In this document: one piece after another, positions 51,256-63,558 of the stretch
Layout of the letters: each line of letters opens with the position of its first letter
Numbering within the stretch: position 1 is the stretch's first letter
Source of the DNA: Callorhinchus milii
Lineage: Eukaryota
DNA: 64,000 nucleotides
Reading direction: 5' to 3'
Assembly (NCBI RefSeq): GCF_018977255.1
Contig: NW_024704742.1
Location: forward strand, 103,666,001 to 103,730,000
Translations under genes and position numbers: made by a program
Notes under the pieces: model-generated
Database searches by the model: none
The model's input: only the letters and a program-made list of their open reading frames with translations
What the model was told of the DNA's origin: nothing

Positions 51256-51676
51256 TGCCTAACAGAAAACTCGTCACTGAGCTTTTTTCCTTTAGCATGA
51301 CAAATTATCCAAGTGTACTGTACACTTTTTAAATACACCGACCTTATAGTAACATGTACAACACAACAACAACAAGATTCCATTTATAGAGCGCCTTTCA
51401 CGTCAGGAGGACGTCCCAAGGCGCTGTACTCAGCCTTTGAGACCTGTAAAATGTGCCAGCAATTGGAGAATCATCCCTTAGTGTTTATAAAAAAAACTTT
51501 GCATTTCACATAGCAAAATATCTCAAAGTGCTTCACAGGAATGACTGTAAAATGTAGTGATTGCATATCTTGGAGGCAAAAGTGGGCAGTCTATTTACCT
51601 ACAGCAATATCCCACAAACAGCAATTAAGTGAATTACCAGTTTTCTCTTAATCTAGGAGATTGTTTCTTCCATCAG

Positions 51677-52102
51677 GCATCAGCCTGGCTCAGTTGGAAG
51701 CTCTCTCGCTCTGAGTCAGAAGGTTATGGACTCAAGTCCTACATCGGGACTTTGAGCTGCTAGTCTAGGCTGGCACTTCAGTGCACTACTGGAGGAGCAC
51801 TGCATTGTCAGTCGTGAACATTAAACTGAGGTCCGGTCTGCCTGTCCAGATAGACGTTAAATATTCCATGACATTATTCAAAAAGAGAAGGGAGTTTTTC
51901 CCTGGTGTCCTGGCCAACATTCTCCCAGATAAAATTGGTCATTCTCTTTATGGATATTTGTGGAATATTGCCATGTGCAAAATGGCAGCTGCATTTGCCT
52001 GCAAAATAGGCTGCCAATACACGTCACAGTAAATCCTGTAAAGCACTTTGAGCGGTCTTCCCGACGTGAAAGGTGCTTTATCAAATGTAAGATTCATTTA
52101 TT
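51677..52102 (+). mobile_element. Older DeuSINE (family B), full length
   Basis: catcagcctggctcagttgg...ctgagtcagaaggtt...gtgtcctggccaacatt...gtgcaaaatggcagctgc...tail. Confidence 0.85.
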
Positions 52103-52676
52103 TAGCATTATTCTGTAAACAGTCTGAGTGGTTTCCCAGAGAAACAGACCATAAGTGATTAGATAAAAAAAACGTTTTTTTAAAACAATTCCTTACAATT
52201 GCTTTTGTTTGCATTTACAATTCAAATTCTATTGCAAATGTTGTTATTTTTGTTGCTGAGGGTTGCCCAGGTTTAAGAGGCATTGTGGCTAACTCTGCTG
52301 ATGCAGCACACAACTTCAACATGGGAAGAATCGATAAACGTTGTGACATTTTGAGTACTTTCAGTGATTTGCAGGGAGCTTGAATGATGCTTAAATCAAA
52401 ACTTTCACCAGTGTGTTGGTGCTGTGATAGGATATTTTTTATAGAAAGAACAGGATTTAATACACAGTCGTGACCATCCTTTCCTTGCACTTATTAGCTG
52501 TAACTATAAATTACATTTGGAGTTATAAACGTAGTCTTCTTGCTTATTCTCCAGAACTAATAGAAGTTCCAAATCAAAACATATCTCTTGGAAATACTCA
52601 ATCTTAGGTACATTGGAGAAAGCAGGAAATTAATGGGAGAGGAGATCACATAAATGCCTGTCTGTTGTTCTGTATT

Positions 52677-52856
52677 AATAATAATAATAATCACTGCATT
52701 TGATATAGCGCCTTATCACGTCTTTGAGACGTCTCAAAGCGCTTCACAGATATACTGCAAAGTGAATTGTCTGTGGGCGAAACGCAGCAGCCAATGGCAC
52801 ACGGCAGTGTCCCACAAACAGTCGTGGATCGAGTGACCACATTATTATTATTATTT
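52677..52856 (-). mobile_element. SINE family A 3' half
   Basis: (TAA)n, tail and Deu-like block. Confidence 0.85.
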
Positions 52857-52865
52857 TTTAATGAA

Positions 52866-53168
52866 AACAATTACATTTGTATAGCGCCTTTCACGTTTGG
52901 GAAGCCGTCCCAAGGCGCTGGACAGTCAGTGTTTCGGACCCGAGCTGGGAATCGGGATTGGGGAGGGTGGAGGGCAGGGAGATCGAAAGCACGGTTGAAG
53001 AGGAGGGTCTTGAGACGAGTCTTGAAGGAGGCAAGGGAGGGGGCGAGACGGAGGGACTGTGGGATGGAGTTCCAGAGGGTGGGTGCAGAGGCAGAAGGCT
53101 CGTCCGCCAATGGTGGGGCGGGCAAGGTGGTGGACGTGAAGCAGGCCGGAGCCTGCTGAGCGGAGGAA
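52866..53168 (-). mobile_element. L2 3' end (type A)
   Basis: LWNSIPQSLRLAPSLASFKTRLKTLLFNRAF. Confidence 0.9.
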
Positions 53169-53178
53169 GTGGAGCTTA

Positions 53179-53560
53179 GTGGAGTCCTGTAGCTCAGTGG
53201 TTAGAGCACTCGCCTCGCAAGCGAGAGACCTGGGTTCTATTCCCGGCAGGGGGAAATGCTGGACCACTTTCCTTACTCCACACGCCTCTGTTTACCTAGC
53301 AGTAAGTAGGAGCCCAGTTGTTAGTTGATTGGCGGATCGCTTTTCCGGAGATAATAATTCCTCAAAAAATAATAATAATAATTTTTTCACTCAATCTGTG
53401 ACTGTTTGTGGGACACTGCTGTGCACAATTGGCTACTGTGTTTCACCCACAAAATATACAGTCAATTCACTTTACAGTATATTCTATGAAGCACTTTGAG
53501 ACGTCTAGAAGACGTGAAAAGCACAATATCAATGCAAGGTTTATTATATTTATTATTATT
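53179..53560 (+). mobile_element. SINE family A, long form (best-preserved copy)
   Basis: tRNA head with ctcgc-ctCGCaa-gcgag arm, CORE-like block, Deu-like block and L2 tail. Confidence 0.9.
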
Positions 53561-54034
53561 TGTTAGCTACAGTTGGAGGATATGCAATAACTGACACAAA
53601 TCTGTAAATTGTGCATTCAGCTTGTAGACAAACTGCCTGGTCAAACCATGATTAATACTCCCAGACTTACTTACTCAGTATATCTCAGAAGTATCAGAAA
53701 TGCATTGATTTCCTAGTTTAATTGCCTTCAGCATCAATCAAGTGCGTTAACTGCTATTGCCAGGAAACCTTTTGGAAACATTTATCCAATATTAGCACCA
53801 AAGGCAGAAATTGCACTTGTTTTTAACACAAGACGTCAGTTCCACTAAAACACCAACTTTCACCTATCATTGATCAAATATAAATAACAGCTTGATTGTA
53901 AGTTTGGCATATTTCGTACAATAAAAGACGTTTTTGAAGAATTTTGAAGGTTTGATACAAACAGAAAATGCTGGAAATGCACAAAGTATCTGTAAGAGAA
54001 AGGGGCTTGACATTGGGGGCAGGGATTCTTCCCA

Positions 54035-54635
54035 CTCAGCTCATGCCCGCCTCCGATTGTACCTTACCCCAAATGCAACCAAAACCTTCGTGCATGCTTT
54101 TGTACATCCCTCCTAGATTACTCAAACACAGTCCTCACCGTTCTCCCCAGCTCCACTATTCAAAAAATCCAGTTCTTTCAGAACTCTCCCCCTGCATACT
54201 GATATGGACCAAACTCCGTACCCACATTTCACCAGTTCTGGCCAGGCTCCACTGGCTCCCCATCACCAAACAGATTGAATTTAGGATCCTCACACTCCTG
54301 TTCAAATCCAATCAATCCCTGGCACTTGCCTACCTCTCTGACCTCCTCCCACCCCAATCCAAAACCCGGCCCCTCCGCTTGATTGGCATTGGCTCCACTA
54401 TCGGAAGTCGCACATTCAGCCACTACACACCGAAACTCTGGAACACTCTTCCTCAATCCCTCCGCCTTGCCCCCTCTCTCCCCTCTTTCAAGTCCCGCCT
54501 GAAAACTTTCCTCTTCGACAGTGCTTACGGCAACCTCCCCCCTCCCCCCGGGCTCGGAGTTAGACTCCGCCACTGTTAAGCTCTCTGAGACACTACCCTG
54601 CATGGAGAGCGCTGTATAAGTGCAAGTTGTTTTTG
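54035..54635 (+). mobile_element. L2 3' fragment (type B)
   Basis: HISPVLARLHWLPITKQIEFRIL..PKLWNTLPQSLRLAPSLPSFKSRLKTFLFDSAY. Confidence 0.9.
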
Positions 54636-57347
54636 TAGCGATCCCAAGCTCTCATCAAACTGCTTACGACTCTCTGGAATTAGGCAAGCACGGTGAATCC
54701 CTCCAGGGAGAGAGTATGCATTCCATTCCCCACACAGGGAAATGTTCATTTAGGTGTTATACATGTATGGAATGCTTTCTGGTGTGTATATTCTTAAGCA
54801 TGCTGATGAGTTCCCACATGTGTCAGTGACTCGACTGACCAAAACAAATGTTTTGGATATAATTCTTCATCAGAAATGAAACAGTTGGACTGGGGAAAGC
54901 ACTCTAGGATCCAATTCATGATATTCACAAAATGACTCACTGAGATTTCTAAAAGACATCAAAGTGTAAAAAAAAAGCTCAAATCTTTACACACCAATAG
55001 GTTGTGTTGTAACTTTTTTTTCACACCAGTCAGCTATAGAAGATTCCATGTCTTCAAATCTACCTACGCATTTAAATACATTGCAGCTTTCACACAAGCC
55101 ATAGTAAAAGGTCTACAATGTTATTCATTTGCATTCAGAGCTAAGGATTAGTTTTTCATTAAAGACAGCAGAAGCTACCTGAGGAACGTAACCTCATTGC
55201 AGGTTTAATCAGTCACCATTGGCATCGCCATCTCACAATTAGTAAGAGTTCACAATAAACAGGAAGAAGTACTTGTTAATCCACAAAAACCTCAGCGGAC
55301 GATAGCTTGTCTTTAATATAATTTGCCAAGGAGACCAAAAAATCATCTAATGTTTTAAATAGCAGTTCTCATGACCCACTTTCTGCTTACAGTGACAATT
55401 GTAATTCAAATTCAACACAAATCAAACTAACACTGCACTGGATCTATAAAATGCTATTTCATTCTGTTTATCTACAGAACACTTCACTGTACACAAGTGC
55501 CTTCAATGCAGGTGGGCAATCCAAATTGAATTCAGCTTATATTTCACCACACACTACACATAAAAACATACAGTTCTCTGCTGCATGTAACATCTTTCAT
55601 TATTCTCACCACCAACCTGGCTGCCAACCTTCCCACAATGTCCATCAATCTCTTCATTTTGTATCTATTTAATGTCACTGTAAATTGGCATCGTTTCCAG
55701 CTCCAATGCCCTTATTTTAGTTTCCTGGTGCAATTTCAACAATCCAAAAAGTTAAAGTATTAAAGGATGTACTGTAGTATAACAAATGTCACCAGCAATC
55801 TGTAAAAAGTTCAGACTTCCTTTAAGGTAGGGTATTGCTTTTGTTAGGAATATAGGACCACTGCAGTCCAATTGGTACAAAGTAAAATAAATATATAACT
55901 AAAATTCTAAAACAGGGAACCCTACATACGCTGTGACTGGGATCCAACATGCAACATTCATTACCTGCATTTACTGATAGTGATTCCGAGTTGTGAATAG
56001 TAACTCCAGCCAGCAACCTAACTACATCAATCTGATAATAATAATCATAATAATCCTTGCATTTGATATAGTCAATTGGCTGCCGTGTTTCTCCCACAAA
56101 CTATACAGTCAAGTCACTTTATAGTATATTCTGTGAAGCACTGTGGGACGACTCAAAAAAACATGATAAGGTGCTATATCAAATGCAAGGATTATTATTA
56201 TTATTATGATAGTCCATTCCACATATACACCACCCAGTAATTCAGAATCAGTTGGAAAAAAAAGGTTATTTACTTTTAACAATTAAAGCCTTTACAAAAA
56301 AAAATCTAAATATAAATAAAAAGAAAGATCAGAACAGTCATCAAGTTCCTGCCATCCACAGTCCCTTAAGAAATAAAGCTGATAAGCAGCTAATTGATGA
56401 TAAAGGAGATTGTCAGGGAGGGCCTCATGGCCTTTTCCAGCTTCCGTTCTCATTTCTTAAGTGGATTTAATGCTGTCGCTTTGACGCTTGGTTGATTCTT
56501 CTGCTGGCAAACATTATTTAGGAGGCAGTACTCTCTGAAACCAGGCACTAATTTAGTTTGTTTCCAAGCAAGTCGGGACTTCGAATTCATATACAAAACG
56601 CAAAATACTTTCCATAGATGCTATGGATAAAGTGAGACATTGAAACCCTTTTATGAATATAGCAGTGTTTCATTGAGGACTTGATTCTATGTACTGCAAG
56701 CAATCTCTTGATAAAAAGACCATCGCTTAACAGAAACAGACAAGATTTTCTTGCACTCCTCAAACTTCTCAACACCTGTCAGTTTCACGAGAACAAGGGT
56801 TGTGCATAATAAGAGCATGTTGTCTGTTTTGTTCCTGGTGATATACAGCCCATGATTTGAATTCACCACTAGATGCAGTTGATGAGTTGTCCTCACAATG
56901 CACAATTTCCTTTCACATCTGTCAAAATGTGAGACGTTGCTGGGTCCAATTCGCTGCCGGGTTTGCCTACAGATTATATATTCACTGCACGTCACAACAT
57001 CACAATATTGGTTCAGATGAAGGAGGCCATTTGATAATGATATAACAATCCTTGCATTTGATATAGCGCTTTTCACGTTTTTTTTTCAGACGTCTCTCGG
57101 CCTCACCCCTCCCTTACACCTTCGAGACCCATCTCAAGACCCTTCTCTTCTATCAGGTCACTTCTTCCCAGGTCCAGTTAAAAAATCTTCAATAATTTAT
57201 TTAAACTTGTGCACTAAGGAATTAAATCCACAATTTCCTTAAACTGAATCCATTACTGTACATGTATTACCCACAGAAGTTATCAATTTCTGGATCAAGG
57301 CTTCTTGATGATACTAAACTCAGTGCTTCTTTCTTTAAACGTTTCAT

Positions 57348-57696
57348 AGTGTGGTGGTAAGCACTCACCTCGCAAGCGAGAGGACCCAGGTTTGATCCCC
57401 AGATGGGACGAAACTTTAGACAAGTTTCCTTAATCCACCCGCCTCTGTTTACCTAGCAGTAAGTAGGAACCCGGTTGTTAGTCGATTGGCGGATTACTTT
57501 CCAGGGGTAATAATCCCTCCCCGAAAATACATGGTCACTCAAATCCACAATGTTTGTGGGATCACACACAAATTCCTGCTGCATTTCGGCCATAAAATAT
57601 ACAGTCAATTCACTTTACAATATATTCTGTGAAGCGCTTTGGGACGTCTCAATGATGTGATAAAGCGCAAGATCAAATGCAAGAATTATTATTATT
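57348..57696 (+). mobile_element. SINE family A, long form
   Basis: gcctctgtttacctagcagtaagtaggaacccggttgttagtcgattggcgga block; (TTA)n tail. Confidence 0.85.
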
Positions 57697-58439
57697 AAAA
57701 GTAATTGGCTATTGGTGACATTGACAATATAGCAACAGTGCTTCTCATTTCCCATGTTCACTTCCTTCTTTCTATTAAGGAGTCATCTGTCACTAAACCT
57801 TTTGTTCTTTTTGGTAGAAGCGATTGCCCCACTGATGTTAAATGAATTTACTGTACGTGATTTACACTGATAACTATCAGTAGTGAGGCAAGTGTCAATC
57901 TCTGACTTTGTCTCAGTGTGCTGCTTCAGCTGAACTGGGCAATGAAGGTGAAACTGTCCTTACAAAACATCACCTTTCCTAACAGATGCCAGCCTTCTCT
58001 GTGCAAAATTAACAGGAAATATATTCCACAAGGAAGTAACATGAGCACAAAGTGTCAGCTTCAAATGTAAGCAATTTTTCACTTTTTGTGCTGATGCTCT
58101 GACAGCTGCAAAAAACACAGAAAACCCAATTTTCTGTAAAGCCCAAATCACAGAACTTGAACCAGCTTGACTTTCATAAAGAGACTTTGCTCTTCAATGT
58201 CACAAAGTATTGAACAAAAGCTAGAATAGTCCACAGACTTGCTGAAACTGACCTTTCAGATGGGTGTTTGCACTTGATTACCTTGGTTTAGCAATGAAAC
58301 TTGCAGAGATCAAAACACATTGCGGTTTGGATCGTGGCATACAACCACAATTGTGGAGTGGCAAGCACAGTAAGTTTTGCCTTCTCTCTTGCTCTTCCTT
58401 CTATCACTCCACTTTCCACTGTCACTTACCTTATGTCAT

Positions 58440-58645
58440 CTTTCAGCCATTACACCCAAAACTTCTCTCCCTCAATCTCTTCACCTGGCCCCTCTTTCCC
58501 CTTTTTCAAATCACAACTGAAGACTTTCCTCTTTCATCATGTTTATGGTCATCTTCTCCCTCCACACAGCTCAACGTCAGTTTAGTTAAGCGCTCTGAGA
58601 CACTACTCTGCATGAAGGGCGCTATATAAATGCAAGTTGTTGTTC
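58440..58645 (+). mobile_element. Old L2 3' end (type B)
   Basis: FKSQLKTFLFHHVY; tail aagcgctctgagacactactctgcatgaagggcgctatataaatgcaagttgttgtt. Confidence 0.75.
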
Positions 58646-58762
58646 CTTTAGTCAGGAAAACTGAGGGTAGAAACACTGAATGTAGAAGAGAAACTGACAG
58701 AGAATAAGGAAAGGCTGAGATGCAAGGAATGGGAAGTGTAAATGCAATGGATGGAGTTTGAT

Positions 58763-59028
58763 GATAATAATAATAATAATAATAATAATCCTTGCATTTG
58801 ATATAGCGCTTTTCACGTCAGGAGGACGTCCCAAAGCGCTTCACAGAACACACTGTAAAGTGAATTGACTGTATATTTGTGGGCGAACGCGGCAGCCAAT
58901 TGCGCACGAAGCAATGTCCCACAAACAGTCGTAGATTGAAAATGACCAATTTAATTATTGTTTTTGGTTTTTTGGAGGGATTATTATTAGGCGTGTGGAG
59001 TAAGGAAACTTGCCCAAGGTTTCGCCCT
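58763..59028 (-). mobile_element. SINE family A short form, lacking the tRNA head
   Basis: Near-identical to the 3' part of the 35703 copy. Confidence 0.92.
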
Positions 59029-59292
59029 GCCTGGATGATGAAGGAGATTGATGGGCATACAAGTTGAGGAGAGACAATATTTAAAATGAGTGCAATGGCC
59101 TTTTCCAGTTCTGCATATCCTACGTCCACCCAAAACAAGGAGGTCTAATCTTGATTATTAGAGCCAGGACAGTTAATGTGAGATCAGAAAACATTTCTTC
59201 AACACAGGGTTGTGAAAATGTGGTATAAACTACCTTAGAAGCAGATTTGATTAAAATGTTTAATAGGAAGATAGCCAAATACATAAAATATA

Positions 59293-59488
59293 TAATAATA
59301 ATCCTTGCATTTGATATAGTGCCTTATCATGTCTTCGAGGTGTCTCAAAGCGCTTCACAGAATACACTGTAAAGTGAATTGATTTAGTGAAGTGAAGTGT
59401 AAAGTGAAGTGAATATTTTGTGGGCGAAACGTGGCAGCCAATTGCACACAGCAGTGTCTCACAAACAGTCGTGGATTGAGTGACCAAT
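59293..59488 (-). mobile_element. SINE family A 3' half with an internal (AGTGA)n expansion
   Basis: Tail and Deu-like block; agtgaagtgaagtgtaaagtgaagtgaa near 59385-59413. Confidence 0.8.
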
Positions 59489-59929
59489 ATGAAAGGTTAT
59501 GAGAAAATGGAATCTGCCATGATCCATTAAACTGGTGAAAGAGGTACTCTTGTAATCCTCTCATCTTGATTCTATCGCTCATTCTGTCTCACCTTCTAAT
59601 TGTAACTATCTCACCCTCCACTATTCAGAGCAAGGACCTGAGCTGCCTGTCACTTAAATTCACCTTCTATTTGTGGCTGAAAACCATTTGACAATGAAAC
59701 CCTGGGCTATTGTGATAAAACAAAATCCAAGGCAAGTAAACGTCAGCTTGCTAACAGTAGCTGTCACTCAACGACCTTTCTATCGGCGGCAAAACTATTG
59801 AGAATGATTCTCTGAGCTGTCTATCATTCAAACCTAACTGCTTGCCCACCATTAAAAGCATGTTTCTGCACAGCTTCTTACTGAAGCTTGGTTACATTCA
59901 AGGTTTTACCTTACTCATGTTTAGCTCCA

Positions 59930-60422
59930 ACTACAACAACAAAATTACATTTGTATAGCACCTTTCACATCCCAAAGCACTGGACAATCAGTGTTTCAGC
60001 CCCGAGCTGGGAGTCGGGATCGGGGAGGGTGGAAGGCAGGAGGGGAAGAAGGGTGATCGAAAGGACGGTTCAAGAGGAGGGTCTTGAGATGGGTCTTGAA
60101 GGAGGCAAGGGAGGTGGGGAGGCAGAGGAACTGCGGGATGGAGTTCCAGAGAGTGGGGGCAGAGTGGCAGAAGGTTTGCTCGCCAATGGTGGGACAGGCA
60201 AGGCGGGGGACATGAAGCAGGCCGGAGCCCACTAAGCGGAGGGAGTGGGCAGGATGGTAGGGGTTAGGAGGTCGCAGAGGTAGGGGGAGCAAGGAGACCT
60301 TTGAAGGTGAGGGCCAGGATCTTGAACTGCTTCCTCTGTATGATGGGAAACCAATGGAGTCGGGCGAGGATGGGGGTGACAGGGTCATGGAGCCTGATGC
60401 AGGAGAGGACATGAGCTGCAGA
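59930..60422 (-). mobile_element. L2 3' fragment (type A)
   Basis: GSGLLHVPRLACPTIG..LWNSIPQ..FKTHLKTLL. Confidence 0.9.
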
Positions 60423-60789
60423 AAGGAGCCCTTTAAAAGGAACAGAATGTTTTTAGGAATACAGAACCACAATTTTGATTTTTTTTTTAAAAAGGTTGCA
60501 TTTTCTTATTTCCATTAAACTAAAATAAAATTATTTTTCTACTCTGATACTGTGAAAACTGTCTATTTACATTTCAATTTTACTAGTGTGTCTGCCAATT
60601 GCTCGGTTTCTGTCTCCCTCTAGCAGGTTGTTAAATGCAGCTTTTCACAGAACTGGAAAGCTCCAACTCCAGACGAAGCAACTGCAATCCTTCAGCCATC
60701 TCTGCATCCAATAGACCAATTACGACATTAAAACGGAGTCTAATTTGCAATATCTGCAAACTGCATTCATTGAGTAAAATCTCCACTTT

Positions 60790-62480
60790 AGAATACATTT
60801 GAATATTTTAGAATATACAGCACAGAAACAGGCCATTCGGCCCAACTGGTCTATACCGGTGCTTATGCTCCACATGAACCTCCTCCTGCCCTTCCTCAAC
60901 TAAGCCTGCAAGCATAACCTTCTATTCTTTTCTCCCTCATGTACCTGTCTAGTTTCCCCTTAAAAACATTTATACTATTTGCCTCAACAACTCCTTGTGG
61001 TCGCATGTTCCACATTCCCATTCCTCTCTGTGTGAAGAAATTTCTTCTAACCTCCCTATTTGAGACTATTTTACATTGATGGCCCCTGGTTTTGGTCTCC
61101 CCCACAAGTGGAAACATCTTCCCTATGTCTACCCTATAAAACCTTTCATCATTTTAAAGACCTCTATCAGGTCATCCCTTATCCTCCTCTTTTCAAGAGA
61201 AAAGAGTCCAAGTATGTTCAGCCTTTCCTGATAGGTATAACCTCTCAGTTCTGGGATCATCCTTGTGAATCTCCTTTGCACCCTCTCCAGTGCCTCTACA
61301 TCCCTTCTATAATGTGGGGACCAGAAATGCACACAGTATTCTAAGTGTGGTCTAACCGAGGTTCTCTAGAAGTTTACCATAACTTCCCTGCTTTTCATTT
61401 CTTTCCTTCTAGAAATGAAGCCCAATGCCTGGATTTGCCTTTTTTATGGCCTTATTAACCTGCGTTGCTACTTTTAGTGAATTGTGTATGTGTGCCCCTA
61501 GATCCCTTTGCTCCTCTACCTCATGTAGGTTTTTATTTTCCAAGATGTATGTGACTTCCTTATTCCTTCTACCAAAATATACCAGCTCACACTTTTCTAC
61601 ATTGAAATCCATTTGCCATTTCAATGCCCATTCAGCAAGTTAATTATGTATTAGTTTATTCTTGCTGTAATTTATTGCTGTCCTCCTCTGTATTAACTAC
61701 TCCCCCCAATTTGGTGCTGTTTGCAAATTTTGAAATTGTACTGCTGATTCTCAAGGCCAAATCATTAATGTATACTGTGAACAACAGTACTCCCAATATC
61801 GATCCTTGTGGAACACCAGTGCCCACCTCCTGCCAGTCTGAGTAGCTACCCTTTACCCCTAATCTCTGTTTTGTAGCCAGCTTGCTATCCATTCTCCTAT
61901 TTTACCCCTGACTCCATATGCTCTGACCTTATTCATTAGTCTATTATATAGTACCTTATCGAACACCTTTTGGAAATCCAAATATATTACATCAATAACA
62001 ACAACTTTGATTTATATAGCGTCCTCCACGCCAGATGGTGTCTCAGCACTTCACAGTAACGGATCCCAGGGCCGAGCCAGGGGGAGAGGTAGGAAGGTGA
62101 CCAAAGGCGCAGTCGAAGAGAAAAGTCTTCAGCAGAGACCTGAAAATAGGAAGAGAGGGAGCAAGTCGATGTGAGTGAGGAAGCGAATTCCAGAGCCTCG
62201 GGGCATAGTGGCTGAAGGCATGGCCGCCGGGGGTGGAGTGGAGGACTCGGGGGACGAGGAGGAGGCCAGACCCGGAGGAACAAAGGCATCGGGCACTGTT
62301 TTGAACAGAGAGGAGGTCAGAGAGGTAGGGGTGTGCAGAGGAGTGGAAGGATTTGAAAACAATGGTGAGGATCTACCGCATTACCCTTGTCTACTTTTTC
62401 TGTTACTCCTTCAAAGAATTCAATGAGGTTGGTCGAGCATGACCTTCCTTTTTGAAATCCGTGGACTATTCTTTATTACT
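60790..62480 (-). mobile_element. CR1 LINE fragment (RT domain to 3' UTR), interrupted by L2
   Basis: [84 protein letters not shown]. Confidence 0.95.
61994..62373 (-). mobile_element. L2 3' end (type B) nested in CR1
   Basis: CR1 reads ...tattacatc | L2 | taccgcattaccc; ATC at both junctions (61991-61993 and 62371-62373). Confidence 0.9.
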
Positions 62481-62777
62481 TGGTAACTTAAAGTTTGCAA
62501 CTGTGCTGAAATTTGCCCCTGGCAAATTGTAAATCCCAACTCAACAAGCTCCAAGAAAAAAACATGGAAATTTCGGTACGAGTTTTGCAAACCAGAAGTT
62601 GCAAAACGTAAATTACAATTAACATAACAAATACAAGTTATAGTGCACCTCAGTTTACTGTGGAATAATATAAAAATATAGCAACACAGAAGGAAAGCAC
62701 AATGAACATGAAAACTGGAGGATGAATTAACCTGTTAACCACTTTTAACAACCTTTAAACCACCTTTATTTGAGTTA

Positions 62778-63558
62778 GAATCATAGTATCATAGAATATT
62801 AAAACACAGAAGGAGGCCATTCGGCCCATCGTGCCTCTGCCAGCTCTTTGAAAGAGCTACCCATCAATCTAAATCCCCCGCCCTTTCTCCATATCCTTGC
62901 AATGTTTCCTTTTCAAGTACCTATCCAATTCCCTTTTGAAAGTTATTATTGAATCTGTTTCCACCACCTATTCAGGCCATGCATTCCAAACCATAACAAC
63001 TCTCTGTGTAAAAAAAATGTCTCCTCATCTCCCCTCTGGTTCTTTTGCCAATTATCTTAGATCTCTGTACCCTGGCTACTGACTCACCCGCCAGTGAAAA
63101 ACTTTTGATATCCTTCCTAAAGTGTGGTGCCCAGAATTGAACACAATCATCCAGCTGAGGCCTAACCAGTGACTCCTAAAGGTTTAGCTGAATTTTCTTG
63201 CTTTTGTACTCTATGCCTCTATTTATAAAGCCAAGGATCCCATATAATTTTTAACAGCTCTATCAACCTGTCGTGTCATCTTCAAAGACCTGTGTATGTG
63301 AACCCCAAGGTCTCTCTGCTCTTGAACCCCCTTTAAAATTGTGCCATTTAGTATATATTGCTTCTCCTCATTCTCCCTCCCAAAATGCATCACCTCACAA
63401 TTCTCTGGATTAAACTTCATCTGCCATGTGTCTGCCCATTTCACCAGTCTGTCTATGTCCTCCTGCAGTCTGCTACCATCCTCCTGACTGTTTACTACAT
63501 TCCCAAGTTTTGTGTCATCTGCAAACTTTAAAATTTTGCTCTTTATACCCAAGCCCAA
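62778..63558 (-). mobile_element. CR1 LINE fragment with internal deletion near 63100
   Basis: KILKFADDTKLGNVV..LQEDIDRLVKWADTWQMKFNPENCEVMHFG..QRDLGVHIHRSLK; 3' UTR acacagaaggaggccattcggccc. Confidence 0.93.

Noticed and set aside
53968..54579. 203-aa ORF
   Set aside because: It is a fusion of a Penelope-like fragment and the L2 ORF2 C-terminus.
56587..57076. Overlapping minus-strand ORFs (62 and 129 aa)
   Set aside because: The longer ORF starts in a SINE tail; neither shows a protein motif or a clear donor site.
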